Origin: Octopus vulgaris
Lineage: Eukaryota
Direction: 5' to 3'
DNA length: 64,000 nucleotides
Assembly: GCA_951406725.2 (NCBI GenBank)
Contig: OX597842.1
Coordinates: 23,684,001 to 23,748,000, forward strand
In this document: piece after piece, positions 40,488-52,268 of the stretch
How the letters are laid out: every line of letters starts with the position of its first letter
Numbering within the stretch: position 1 is the first letter of the stretch
The notes under the pieces: generated by a model
What the model saw: the letters and a program-made list of their open reading frames with translations, nothing else
What the model was told of the DNA's origin: nothing
Databases searched by the model: none
Translations under genes and position numbers: made by a program

Positions 40488-41149
40488 GTCACTCAGCGAA
40501 ATAATGTTGGTCGGACACCTCTACATCTTGCCTCTGGTAATGGACACACAGACACAGCTAAACTTCTCCTACAACAAAATGGCACTGATGTGAGGGTGGT
40601 GGACAACTATGGTTGTACACCTCTACATCTTGCCTCTTATCAAGGACACACTGACACAGCTAAACTTCTCCTACAACAAAATGGCACTGATGTGAGGGTG
40701 GTGGACAACTATGGTTGTACACCTCTACATCTTGCCTCTTATCAAGGACACACAGACACAGCTAAACTTCTACAACAAAATGGCACTGATGTGTGGGTGG
40801 TGACCAACGTTGGTCGGACACCTCTACATCTTGCCTCTTATCAAGGACACACAGACACAGCTAAACTTCTCCTACAACAAAATGGCACTGATGTGAGGGT
40901 GGTGGACAACTATGGTCATACACCTCTACATCATGCCTGTCGGAATGGACACACAGACACAGTTAAACTTCTCCTACAACAAAATGGCACTGATGTGAGG
41001 GTGGTGGACAACGATGGTTGCACACCTCTACATCTTGCCTGTCAGGATGGACACACAGACACAGCTAAACTTCTCCTACAACAAAATGGCATCGATGCCA
41101 ATAAAGTGGACAAAAATGGTGACACTCCTCTCCATCTGGCAGTTCAAAA
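40488..41149 (+). CDS. Ankyrin-RING-Death gene: exon with 6.5 near-identical 102-bp ankyrin repeats (phase 0 to 2)
   Basis: tttttag|GTC ACT CAG...CAA AA|gtaagt; 662 nt open; units start at 40488, 40590, 40692, 40791, 40893, 40995 and 41097; consensus VRVVDNxGxTPLHLAxxxGHTDTAKLLLQQNGTD. Confidence 0.95.
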
Positions 41150-41930
41150 GTAAGTCCCCAATGGATTTGGATTATCCAAATCTGTTTCTTTAATGTTTTC
41201 AGTAACGTTTGTTTTCTTGTTTTGAGTCATTCATGTCATAATCCCACCATGGGACGTCGTGCTTCAACTCTCTCTCTCTCACACTCTAATGACACTGTAA
41301 CCTACTTCATTAATTAATCATCATAATTATTATTGTTGCTGTTGTTACCTGACTAGATTCTTTACTTCATCTCATCCTTCGTTACCTCAATGTTACAAGT
41401 TCAAATCTTTCCTTTTCTTCTTTTCATTCCATATAAAACACCTCACCCCCTCTCTCTTGTAATTTTCCTCTTTCCTCTGACCCTGGGCTAAATGCATAAT
41501 CATTCCCTTACAGTGTTTAGTTTGATCTGTTTATGTTCCAAGTTCAAATCCTGCCAGAGTATTTATTAACAACCTGGAGTGAAAATATGTACCAGTAATA
41601 TCCAGGGGTTCATTTAATAAATTGTCCTCCCTCTTTTCTCCTGTTTTTGTGTCTGATTGCTGTTGGGCAAAATACCTTGTGGTATTTATTTACCACACTT
41701 TATGTTCAGAGTTCAAATCCTGCTGAGGTCACCTTGTCCTTCCATCTTTGCTAGGCTAATAAAATACAATACCAGTCATGTACTGGGGTCCTTATAATCC
41801 ACATTAATGCTTCTCCCCATCCTAAATTTCATGGCTATATAACAGTTGTTCATCATACCATATATAGATTGCTGTGTTTACTCAGGTGTGTATATATATC
41901 GTTGGTCTATAATGTAGAGAGTATATCGAA

Positions 41931-42478
41931 TATACAAGGGGGTACCCAAAAGTGGCCAGAAACGTTTCTGTAGGGCAAGGCCATTGAAGTTCAGGCTTCT
42001 GCTGCTAGAAGCCACTTGATGCGATACTCAGGCATCAGCCTGCCAATTGACATCTTTGAGGATGGAGCTGTTACCATGTATGCATCTTTGTTTTGCAGGC
42101 TTCTCCCCTGTTCGAGTTTTGCAATGGCTGAAATGAAGGATCAGCTTGCTTCCATGAATATCTGTTTTCTGCTGGAGAAAACGGCAGCCAAAACAGTTGT
42201 CATGCTTCAAACAGTTTACAAGGACACTGCCATGATGCCACGAGCAAAACACAAGATCACGAGTGGTTTTCATGCTTTTCGAATGGTCACTTGTCACTTG
42301 AGGTCCAACCTCATTCAGGGCAGTTCCAGCACTGCTGCAAATAGTGGGAAACATGTCTGGGTCGACGCATTGCTTCAAATGGGGACTACTTTGACGGTGA
42401 TAATAGTGTTAATACGTAAAACTAAGCAAAGAAAATAATATTGCAAAATTCTGGGCCCTTCTGGGTCCCCACCTCATA
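41931..42478 (+). mobile_element. Internally deleted mariner-like element
   Basis: Ends tacaagggggtacccaaaag... / ...cttctgggtccccacctcata; N-terminal mariner HTH-like peptide MKDQLASMNICFLLEKTAAKTVVMLQTVYKDTAM. Confidence 0.6.
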
Positions 42479-42728
42479 TATATATATATATATGTTTATA
42501 TTAAAGGGTAAAATCATAAATGATTTTTACCAAGTGGTCAGCGCGGAAATATAACCTCATAGGTAAATTTTTATAAACATTTTATAATTATATACATAAT
42601 TATAACAAGGGCTTGGCTTGCTCCTCACCACGCACTGAAAAATAGGCGTTAAAAGACACTATTGCCACCGTTAATTCTCTGAGAAAAACACAGTACATGT
42701 GTTATAATTATGTATATAATTATAAAAT

Positions 42729-42763
<35 letters not shown>

Positions 42764-43060
42764 GGATCCAAGGATTGAGATATAGGAAGGTGAGCTTCAA
42801 ACAATCCACAGAAAATGTAAGAAACAACTTTCAGGAACAAAAGGGGTTTATTGGGGTGCAAGGTTGTTGGTTTTTCCCTTACTTCATCTTCTGTCTTTGA
42901 ACATGTGCCTCCTATTGACAGTGTAAACTTCATTTAATCAAGATATCCTTGGTCTGAAGAGTAGCCTGTGGTATACACCTCGTTTGGATATTTACCAGTT
43001 CTGATGTTCCACCTGCTTTGAAACATATGTAGCCCAGATTTTATCTACTCCATTCCTTAA

Positions 43061-43107
<47 letters not shown>

Positions 43108-43231
43108 AATGTGTATTTGTGTGTATGTAATTATTGATGTAATTAGGTTATAATGACCTAATTACATTTGTTTTCATTGGTTAATCTTATAATAATAATT
43201 GTTTTTCCTCTCCTCTTTGTATAATTTTCAG

Positions 43232-43268
43232 GCAACGCTATGGTGTGGTATCGTTGATGCTGGCCCAG
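43232..43268 (+). CDS. Ankyrin-RING-Death gene: 37-nt exon (phase 2 to 0), (K)QRYGVVSLMLAQ
   Basis: ttttcag|G CAA CGC...GCC CAG|gttagt; completes the ankyrin repeat begun in the previous exon, with matching phases on both sides. Confidence 0.8.
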
Positions 43269-43580
43269 GTTAGTTAACAAATACATATTATATCCTCTCT
43301 CTAGTATTCAATATTTATATCATCAAAATACCAGTGAAATTCTGGGGGTAGGTTTAATCAACTTCACTGCAGCAGCCTTTAAATAGCAGGTCTTGGGTCT
43401 GTGAAGAATAATTATGTTGGTGATAACAATGATGATAGTAGTAGTGGTGATGACAGTCCAACTGACCACCACTGCTGATAGTACTATCTTTAATGGTCAG
43501 ACAAAACAAGATCATTATGAATTCAACCCATATATATCAGATTATATATATCATCATCAACCATTCTGCCATTTGCCCGT

Positions 43581-43677
43581 GGGCATATGGCATAGTGGTT
43601 AATAGTACAGGCTACTAACCCCAAGATTCCGAGTTCAGTTCCAGGCAGTGACTTGAATGATAATAACAATAATAATA

Positions 43678-43708
<31 letters not shown>

Positions 43709-43863
43709 TCACAACATTGAAAAATACCTTTGGAATGAGAACATAGGTTCGAAATTTCCTCAAGACACCTGACAAAGGCTGGAGGGTATATCAGCCGAAA
43801 CATTGTGTTAACAACAAACAAGATGAGGACAAATATCCATCAAATGTAAATAATGTAAATAAT
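43581..43863 (+). mobile_element. tRNA-headed SINE-like element with (AAT)n spacer and degenerate hammerhead in its 3' part
   Basis: A-box tggcatagtgg 43588-43598, B-box-like gagttcagttcc 43631-43642; gacac-CTGACAA-a-ggctg...cagcc-GAAAC-at-t-gtgtt at 43764-43809. Confidence 0.6.
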
Positions 43864-44683
43864 GATGATCATCATCTTTTAATGTCTGTCTCTCATGTTG
43901 TGTGTGTGTGTGTGTTATGTGTAAATTGTTGGTGTCTGCATTTTATCTTGTGTCCAATAATTTATTTGGTTTCTTGGCTGCTTTTTTCCCTCTGCACATA
44001 TGTATAAATGTGTGTGTATATATGTATATATATATATGTATACCCAGAAAGAGAGTTACTCTTGTCAGACACATTGCACACTCAGATTATGCAGCAGAGA
44101 TAAGTTAAAGGTCCTTGTCCCCAGCAACAAAGCTAAATGAGGGCATGCTGAACTCAGTCCCTATTGCTTCATTAATCCATTATCATCAGTACATGATGAA
44201 TCCACTTCCCTTCTCCTCTCTCCCTGCCTAACTCAACGGATTGACTACCCTTACTGTATTTGTCTACCTAACTTATTTACCTGTATTTGTATTAACATGG
44301 CTTTGCATGAATGCCAGGATGCAGCACCCTCCACTGTTGGTGGTGACAATACCTGATTAACTCCTCTTTACAGGTATCCATACTAACACCTCTGTGCTAA
44401 TGCCAGCACAACACCCACGTCCAGTGGTGTTAGCAAGTGTTACATGAATGATGCAGGATTAAATGCAAGGACAACTGCTAATGACATGCTGGCAGGCAAA
44501 TGCTAATAACAACCTTTTCAGATGCTGATAGCTGCAGCCAATGTAGACACAGCACTGTCGATTTAAGCACATGCAACAAGTATCTCGTCTTATGCGCACC
44601 CCGCCAAAACTGCCCCTACAAGGTCTGTCAAATGAACTGAAGGGCTACTTCTATGACACTCTTCTGCTGGCCACTTCAAGATA

Positions 44684-45400
44684 AATGACCGTGAGCTTTG
44701 TGGTTGGTGATTTCAATGGACGTGTTGGGCAGCACCCAGGTATCTTCCATGGGGTACATGGTGGGACAGAGAATTGTGGGAACAAAAACCATAGCCACCA
44801 TGTACACCATGGAAGCCCCTGCGTGTTGTCCAACATGCCCATTGAAGTCGCCAGCCACAAAGAGAAGGTCCCTGTCATTCATTGATGAGGTAGTCTGCAA
44901 GAGGGTGTCATAAAATCAGTCTTTCTGTTCATCAGGTAGCTCTGGCTGAGGGTCATAAGCCGAGATAATGGTTGCTAATCCATGTTGCAGCACTAATCTA
45001 AACTTAAGTATTCCATCACAGACTCTGACTATCTCGATTACCTTATCAGCCCATTTCTCTGCAAGAAGTATACTCATGCCCCCGACTCCATCAGTGTTCC
45101 CTACCCAGAAAATCTTATACTTATGTTCTTTGTCTGTGAGGAACCTAGGAGAACTTCCTCGCCACCTTCTTGGATGCAGCACAAATCTACACGTCTCTGT
45201 TCAAGCATGTTAACAATCTCACCAGACCTACCTTTCAGTGTGCCGACGTTGAGAGTACTAACCCTGAGGGTGTTGAAGGTATGGGTCCATGAGACCCTGG
45301 GATGGGGGACAGCAGCATTATGTACCTGAAAAGAAAGCTTGCATTTGGCAGAACCCATAAACATACAATAGTCTTCAACCTGCAAACACTACACCACCAT
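44684..45400 (-). mobile_element. RTE LINE 5' part (APE endonuclease) with local inverted duplication
   Basis: LRVSTLNVGTLKGRSGEI, DLCCIQE, FVAGDFNGHVG motifs; 44684-44766 is an inverted copy of about 44795-44880. Confidence 0.8.
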
Positions 45401-45455
45401 TTTATGCACTACATCATCACTACATTACATAGGAGATAAACCCTATATATATAAA

Positions 45456-45525
<70 letters not shown>

Positions 45526-45753
45526 AAATTAAAATCAAAGTGTGGGTGAAAAATTGGATATTAATTTAATAACATCAATTTAACACCAGTGGTCTAGCGT
45601 ATAAAAACTGAGATTCAGTAAATGATTTTCTGGAGAACAATTCTTAGTGGTTGAGACCTATGTAGATCTCTTTTTAGCATAAGGGCTTCCACATAGTGGT
45701 TCCCTCTTATGTATAAAATACTATTTACTGAATCTCAGTATATATATATATAT

Positions 45754-46020
45754 AATTGCAGCGTGGAAGGTGTTTAAAAGCCATTTAAGAAACACACAAA
45801 AGCCGTTCGATTCACTTCAACATTTAAGTTTAATTTGTCAAAATATTTTCGTCGCTAAAACGGCTATTTTGACAAATTAAATTTAAATGTTGTAGTGAAT
45901 CGAACGGCTTTTGTGTGTTTCTTAAATGGCTTACAAACACCCTCCATGCTGCAATTGTTTTCGTTTCAGCACACGATCTCAGATCAAATTACTTGCTATG
46001 CCAGTACATCTCCGTAAATA
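45754..46020. repeat. Foldback copy of a dispersed element also present unfolded at about 5955-6150
   Basis: Arms 45754-45846 and 45865-45955; right arm plus tail matches 5998-6147. Confidence 0.8.
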
Positions 46021-46611
46021 TATATATATATATATGTATGTATATATTTATGTATGTATGTATTGGGATTGTATCACCAATTATTATGACATGATACTGT
46101 TTATACTATAACCTTGTAGTAACAATAAAACATATTACGGATCAGGGTAACAACAACAATCCATACACAAACCAACAAACAATGAAAACAACACCTTACG
46201 ACTTCCTGCAATTAACACCTACTCTCTCTGGTCTCTCACTCAGACTGCTACTATTCATAGTCGTTCAGTCAAGTCTGTTCTTGTATGCATTCTTGTGACT
46301 CTCGCCACAACATGTAATCGAGCCCAGGACTTATTCTTTGTAAGCCTAGTACTTATTCTGTTGATCCTTTTTGCCAAATCGCTAGCTTACAGGGATGTAA
46401 ACACACCAGCATCGATTGTTAAGCAATGTTGGGAGGACAAACACAGACACACATATACGATGGGCTTCTTTCAGTTTTTGTCTACCAAATCCACTCACAA
46501 GGCTTTGGTCAGCCTGAGATGATAGAACAAGACACTTGCTCAAGGTGTCATGCAGTGGGGCTAAACGCGGAATCATGTGGTTGGTAAGCAAGCTATTTAC
46601 CATAGCCACTC

Positions 46612-46654
<43 letters not shown>

Positions 46655-46658
<4 letters not shown>

Positions 46659-48000
46659 AAATCGAACTTTATTACGAGTACTGATTATACACTGGTATAT
46701 AGAATTTTTAATCTTAGAGTTACTTGACATAAACTTAATTCTATTGGAATTGACTTCAGATACAATAACCTTGTTATTAATATTTCTAGAGGGTTGGATG
46801 ATATTAGCTAAATTAAAAACCTATCCTAACCTTATGTGAATTGATTATAGAGTAATATCTAGAATTGTTTGCTGTTTTGTCAAGCTATAGCTAGGAATTT
46901 TCCAAACAATTCTAGATATTACTTTATAATCAATTCACATAAGGTTAGGATAGGTTTTTCAAACACAAGAAATCTCTTGCAAATTATCTCTTCTCATAAT
47001 AACAAACTGTTAAATATTAATACATTTACTAACACTAACATTAATTTAGCGAATACCATCCAACCCTCTAGAAATATTAATAACAAGGTTATTGTATCTG
47101 AAGTCAGTTCCAATAGAATTAAGTTTATGTCAAGTAACTCTAAGATTAAAAATTCTATATACCAGTGTATAATCAGTACTCATAATAAAGTACGATTTTA
47201 CATTGGAAGCACATCGTTAGAGTTATCTAAAAGAATTTCTATCCATTACTCAACATTTAGGGATAGAAATAAACGGAATAGTACCAGTCTCAGCAAACTG
47301 ATTTGGGATTTAAAAGACCACAATGAACAATTTCATTTAGAATGGTTGATTCTCTAAATTTCGATACCATATGACAAAGGCAAGAAATTCTGTCTTCTCT
47401 GCAATTCTGAGCTATTTTTCATTATTTTTTCTAAAAATACTCTAGTAAACACGGTTATAGAGCGAGCATACAGATGTAAGCATTGGCAGAAACATACTTT
47501 TAGTGCATATAAGTAGTCTCTATCATTATATATAATTTAAACTTTAATTTCCTTTATATTTAACATTCACTATTAATATCCCTACTCTTTCTGTTAGCTA
47601 CTTATGACGTTATATCATATAACGTTTTTTTAAACAATATTAATAGCGTTCTGTCTATCGCTATACAAATCCATAATTTTTTGCTAAAATGTCTTATTGA
47701 CGAGTTTCGTTTTTTTCACTTTCCTGAGGAGAAGATTGCATTGTTTATACCATTTATTCTTTTGAATAGTATCAGTGGAATTTTCGAAATATGTGTCGAA
47801 AGTAAAAATATTTGATTACACCTGCGTTAACTCCATTTTTTATTCATATTATTCAAAATATTTAACGTAAACACGAAGTTTCTGCCTTTATAAACAAGGA
47901 GTTACAACACCTTTACTTGTGAGATTTTTGCTGCCCTGGTAACTATTTTTTTTTTTTTCTGTGTTAATTGTTAACAAAGTAAAAATACACTCATCTATTT
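46655..48000 (+). mobile_element. Penelope-like element (PLE) 3' part: GIY-YIG endonuclease, hammerhead-bearing 3' end, inverted 5' segment
   Basis: ORF 46869-47357: SIYQC...RFYIGST...R...HYSTF...NSTSLSKLIWDLK...W.IL, continuing after a stop with CLLC; 46655-46816 is the reverse complement of 47041-47201; bounded by (TA)n on both sides. Confidence 0.85.
47718..47803 (+). ncRNA. Type I hammerhead ribozyme in the PLE 3' end
   Basis: Stem I actttc/gaaagt; core CTGAGGA 47724-47730; stem II gaagatt/aattttc; GAAA-tatgtg-TC(47797). Confidence 0.7.
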
Positions 48001-48091
48001 ATATATATATATATATATTGGTAAAACGGTAAGATAACAAAAGAAAGAAAGAGACCTCAATATTATGTAAATAGAGGAAATTTATCTATAA

Positions 48092-48291
48092 AATAATATG
48101 TTACATTACTCGATAGTCAAGATAAAACTCTGAGTTTCAGATGCCGAAGTGGGAATCCATGAGATCTCTTCAGTTATCTGGCTATTTGAAAACCTTTCAA
48201 ATAGCCAGATAACCGAAGAGATGTTGTGGGTTCCCACTTCGGCATCTGAAACTCAGAGTTTTATCTTGACTATCGAGTAATGTAACATATT

Positions 48292-48294
<3 letters not shown>
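48092..48294. repeat. Foldback element between (TA)n tracts with hammerhead-like motif in each arm
   Basis: About 100-bp arms; agataa-C(T/C)GAAGA-gat...atc-t-GAAAC-tcaga-GTT-ttatct (minus 48120-48179, plus 48207-48266). Confidence 0.75.
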
Positions 48295-48333
<39 letters not shown>

Positions 48334-48674
48334 TGTGTGTAAATATATCTATATATATATGTTTGTGTGTATCTCACTTCCATAACATTCATGTATATGT
48401 GTGTGTATGTACAGGAACGTTAAGGATGTGGACACTAACCAACTCACCTGTTTTATGAACCCCTTATTAATATAGCAACATCATAATTCTTCTTTACTAG
48501 TTTTGATCTGCTAATTATATGTTCACTCTTGTTCTGCTCCCCTAAAATTTACTATAGTGAGAGATAAATATAGATTAGGCTGAAACAATCTGTTAAAGAC
48601 CTCTTAATAGATTTATCATGTCCCTAACACATATCCCATGTACATTTTCAATTTCTATTTTTACTTCCACAAAG

Positions 48675-48887
48675 GATTCAGTGAAACTGGATATTGGGAA
48701 TCATAAGAAAATGACACCATTGCTGGAAGCCGTCTCAAGGGCCCACCTTGGAATAATCCATAAACTAATTATACATGGTGCAAACATGAATGCTGTCGAC
48801 AATGATGGCAATAATTGTTTGCACCTCTCTATAATAAAGAAAGAGATGTTCCATTCTGAGGTGGAACCCATTCCCATTTTAGATGAG
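48675..48887 (+). CDS. Ankyrin-RING-Death gene: ankyrin exon (phase 0 to 0)
   Basis: cacaaag|GAT TCA...GAT GAG|gtaagt; DSVKLDIGNHKKMTPLLEAVSRAHLGIIHKLIIHGANMNAVDNDGNNCLHLSIIKKEMFHSEVEPIPILDE. Confidence 0.9.
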
Positions 48888-49899
48888 GTAAGTTTTTAAA
48901 ATTTTTTTGTGAATATGTGTGTGTGGTTGGCATTAGGAAGGGCATGCAACCGTAGAAACTATGCCAAAACTGGCAATTGGTGCCTGAGCAGCTCTGCAGC
49001 TGCCCAGCTTCTGCTAAACTATCCAACCCATGCCAGCATAGAAAACGAATGTCAAATGATGATGAGGAGGATGTGTGTATGTGTGAGTGAGAGAAAGAGA
49101 GAGAAATAGAGAAACAGGCAGACATTGTTTGCTATTTTCTTTCACTCCCATCCACTTCTCTTCCTTTAGTATTAAATAATTCAGTTTCTCCTGATAGCAC
49201 TAGTTGTATTATGTAACTAACAATATTCCATCTTCAAAAGCATAGCCACTCCACTGTAAAGAAGGTAACCCGTCTTAAATATGTGTCATGTAAACACTGC
49301 CATCACTGTATGAAGGAGAGGTGACCAACGACAGAGATAAGTCTTTAAATTTAAGAAAGAGAAATTCACAAACTGTTTTAAATATCGAATTTCAAGTTAA
49401 ACGAGTTGAACTGTGTTAATTGCTAGAAAGCATATTTCATTATTCTTTTTCAAAGAAAGGAAAAGGATAATAAATTCGTTTATGGACAATTAAATTTAAA
49501 GAAAATATATTCATGGACTTCGAAGAAAGTTTCTTTTAACAGTATGATAATGAATATATAACTGAATTTATTCAAAGTTGATGATTAGGGTTCCAAATAT
49601 TGCCAGGGCTTGGACTTTGTGTGTATATTGACTACAGTAATACCCCTTGCAATGATTGTAATGAAGGGAGATGTGATGAGAATGAATTTACATTAAGATG
49701 TGCGCACAAAAGTGTGATGTCACGAGATTGTATGTATGACGATGTAACTAGACAGATAGTCATAGAGGCCCTTTGTTACCAACAAAGATAGAAGCTCTCT
49801 GAACTTTGCCCTGCTTAATCTTATTCTAGCAGCTATGCTCTTGGCGCATCCACCTCCACTACTGACTTGATTACCTAGATAACAGTTACTTCTAGGTGC

Positions 49900-49935
<36 letters not shown>

Positions 49936-50963
49936 ATGAGTGTGTGTGTTTGTTTGTTTGTTTGAAAGACATCAGCATCTATCCACTGGTAGATCTGATG
50001 GTGTTTATTGTCTGTTGTTGCAGAATTTAAGCAACTCTTTGATTCTCAAATATGTAACGGTCACTGCAGATGTGTGACTGTATTTCAGACAGTTGATGGT
50101 CACCTATGTATTGTTGTAATATCTTCTTTGGTGAGAAGAAGCTACTCTAGCAGTCAATGACCCATTATTATAGGAATTGTCTATCAGACTAACATTTTCA
50201 ACAATTTCTTGACTATAATGTGTTGGTGTGTTGCCTCAACCACCACACCAATCCTTACTTCCTTTACTTCACTTCATCAGCCAAAAATGTTTCTTTATAA
50301 ATTTTGGAAACATTATTGATATGCTTGGATATGTCTGTCTGGTGTTGGTTTTGTTGCTGTGTCTGAAGAAATTATTATGTTCTTGGTGTTCTCTGTTCAT
50401 TGTTTGTTGTTATGGAAATGAGTTGCACTTTGTGACCAGTGAAACGTTTCCCAATCAATATTTGGATTATCGAAATTACCAGTAGGAAAATATGGGTGAC
50501 TGCTTTCATAGATGCAGATCTGAAGATGTCAAAAATCTGAGTTTTGATGGCAGTTTGCAGATGGTAAACAAATTCAAGTAGGAGTATATATGTTGTTAAA
50601 AAAATACTTCTTGTTGCGACCAGTTAAAATCTCCACAAGGAATTACAGAAAACCTTGAGTGACCATAGACCATCACACGACCCCCATGGTAATTAGAATG
50701 GCCTTTGTGTAACAAAATGTAGCTTGCCATTGTTTGTTGTTGTGTTATATTTATATATACAATACTCTTCCATAAGTATTTCTTTTGTTATGGCCAGTTG
50801 GCTTTATCAAGCCAGTTGTAAAGATAGGTTCTTGTTGGTTTGTTGTGTTCTGTTGTTTGTGATACTTGTTCCATTATATTTCCTACATTTGGCATGATTT
50901 GTTTATCTACAATATATATTTGTGTAATATTCTACTCATCGTTTTATATTTCATCATTTGCAG

Positions 50964-51139
50964 TGCTGCAAAGAGCTCCAACTGGACATGGATAGGAGGC
51001 TCTCTGGAATAGTAGTTTTGAGTTATCTTGCCAGCCAAGGAGCCAGCTTATACCATCGTAATGATAAGAAAGTGACCCCGTTGGACTGCATAGAAAATCA
51101 ACATTTGAAAGAAAAATTAAAAACATTTTTACAATCACT
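50964..51139 (+). CDS. Ankyrin-RING-Death gene: terminal ankyrin exon (phase 0 to 2)
   Basis: tttgcag|TGC TGC...TCA CT|gtaagt; ...VLSYLASQGASLYHRNDKKVTPLDCIENQHLKEKLKTF, like the final ankyrin of MIB1/MIB2 just before the RING. Confidence 0.9.
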
Positions 51140-52125
51140 GTAAGTACTCACTGGCAACAACAAAATAAACCAGGACATTTTCTATTTTGTATATAATCAT
51201 GTTTATATGTTTATTTAGTTTGAATTCTCCCAATGTATTATTCCGTCATTAGTGTCTTGACTCAAGACAACAATAATGATTTCCAATTCTGGCACAAGGC
51301 CAGCAAGGTCAGGGAGGGGATAAGTCAATTACAACAGCCCCAGTTTTCAACTGGTACTTATTTTATCAACAGCAAGGTAAAGTCAACCGCAGCTGAATTT
51401 GAACTCAGCATGTAAAGGCAGACGAAATGCCAGAAAGCATTTTGCTCCGTGTGCTAATGATTCTGCCAGCTTGCAGCCTTAAGACCACACAACAATAATA
51501 AGAACAATAAACAGAAAATACAGTTGTTAGTGGATCAAACAAAAAACACTATTTTGATGACATTCACATGATTGCTTGTGTTGACTGATATACCTCACCA
51601 TCTACCCCTGACTCTTTTAGAGTTCGGTGACCTCCATGAAAATGTAGTACTAAATAATAAAGTGAATGAACACATTTTGAAATTGCTATTTAGAAGTAAA
51701 TAGGATTTATCTGTCTACCAACAATTTTTTTCTCTCTCTCTTCTCTGACTCAATCAGTTGTCATGTATGCTTTCATGTGAAAATAACCTAAAGCACACAC
51801 TAACAATGTGTATGTCATCATCATCATTTAACGTCTGTTGTCCATGCTGGCATGGATTGGACTGTTTGACTGGGATAGCATGTTGGAAGGCTGCACCTTA
51901 GTCAGCCTTTGATATTTTCAGCCCACCCTTGTATGTGTATGTTAATGTGACACTTGTATACATACAAACCTGCTTGTATGTAATTGTTTACAGAAGAATT
52001 TACGATGTACTCTTGCTGGTTACTGTTGTGCCTCTTAATATTCTGTACTCTAAACATGTCCACAATGAAATGTTTTATTATAAATGAATGTTAATGATGG
52101 GATGTGTTAATATTTTGTTCCACAG

Positions 52126-52268
52126 GTGTCGGTGGTGTCAAGAGAAAAAGGCTACTGTCACACTCCATCCATGTCAACATACCGTTACTTGTCAGAATTG
52201 CTGTTCTCAAATGATATTTAAGCAATGCCCCATATGTCGACAACACATACGCAGCAAAAGTGGATTTG
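52126..52268 (+). CDS. Ankyrin-RING-Death gene: C3HC4 RING exon (phase 2 to 1)
   Basis: ccacag|G TGT CGG...TTT G|gtaaga; CRWC-x11-PCQH-x3-CQNC-x8-CPICR, MIB/IAP-type RING-HC. Confidence 0.92.
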
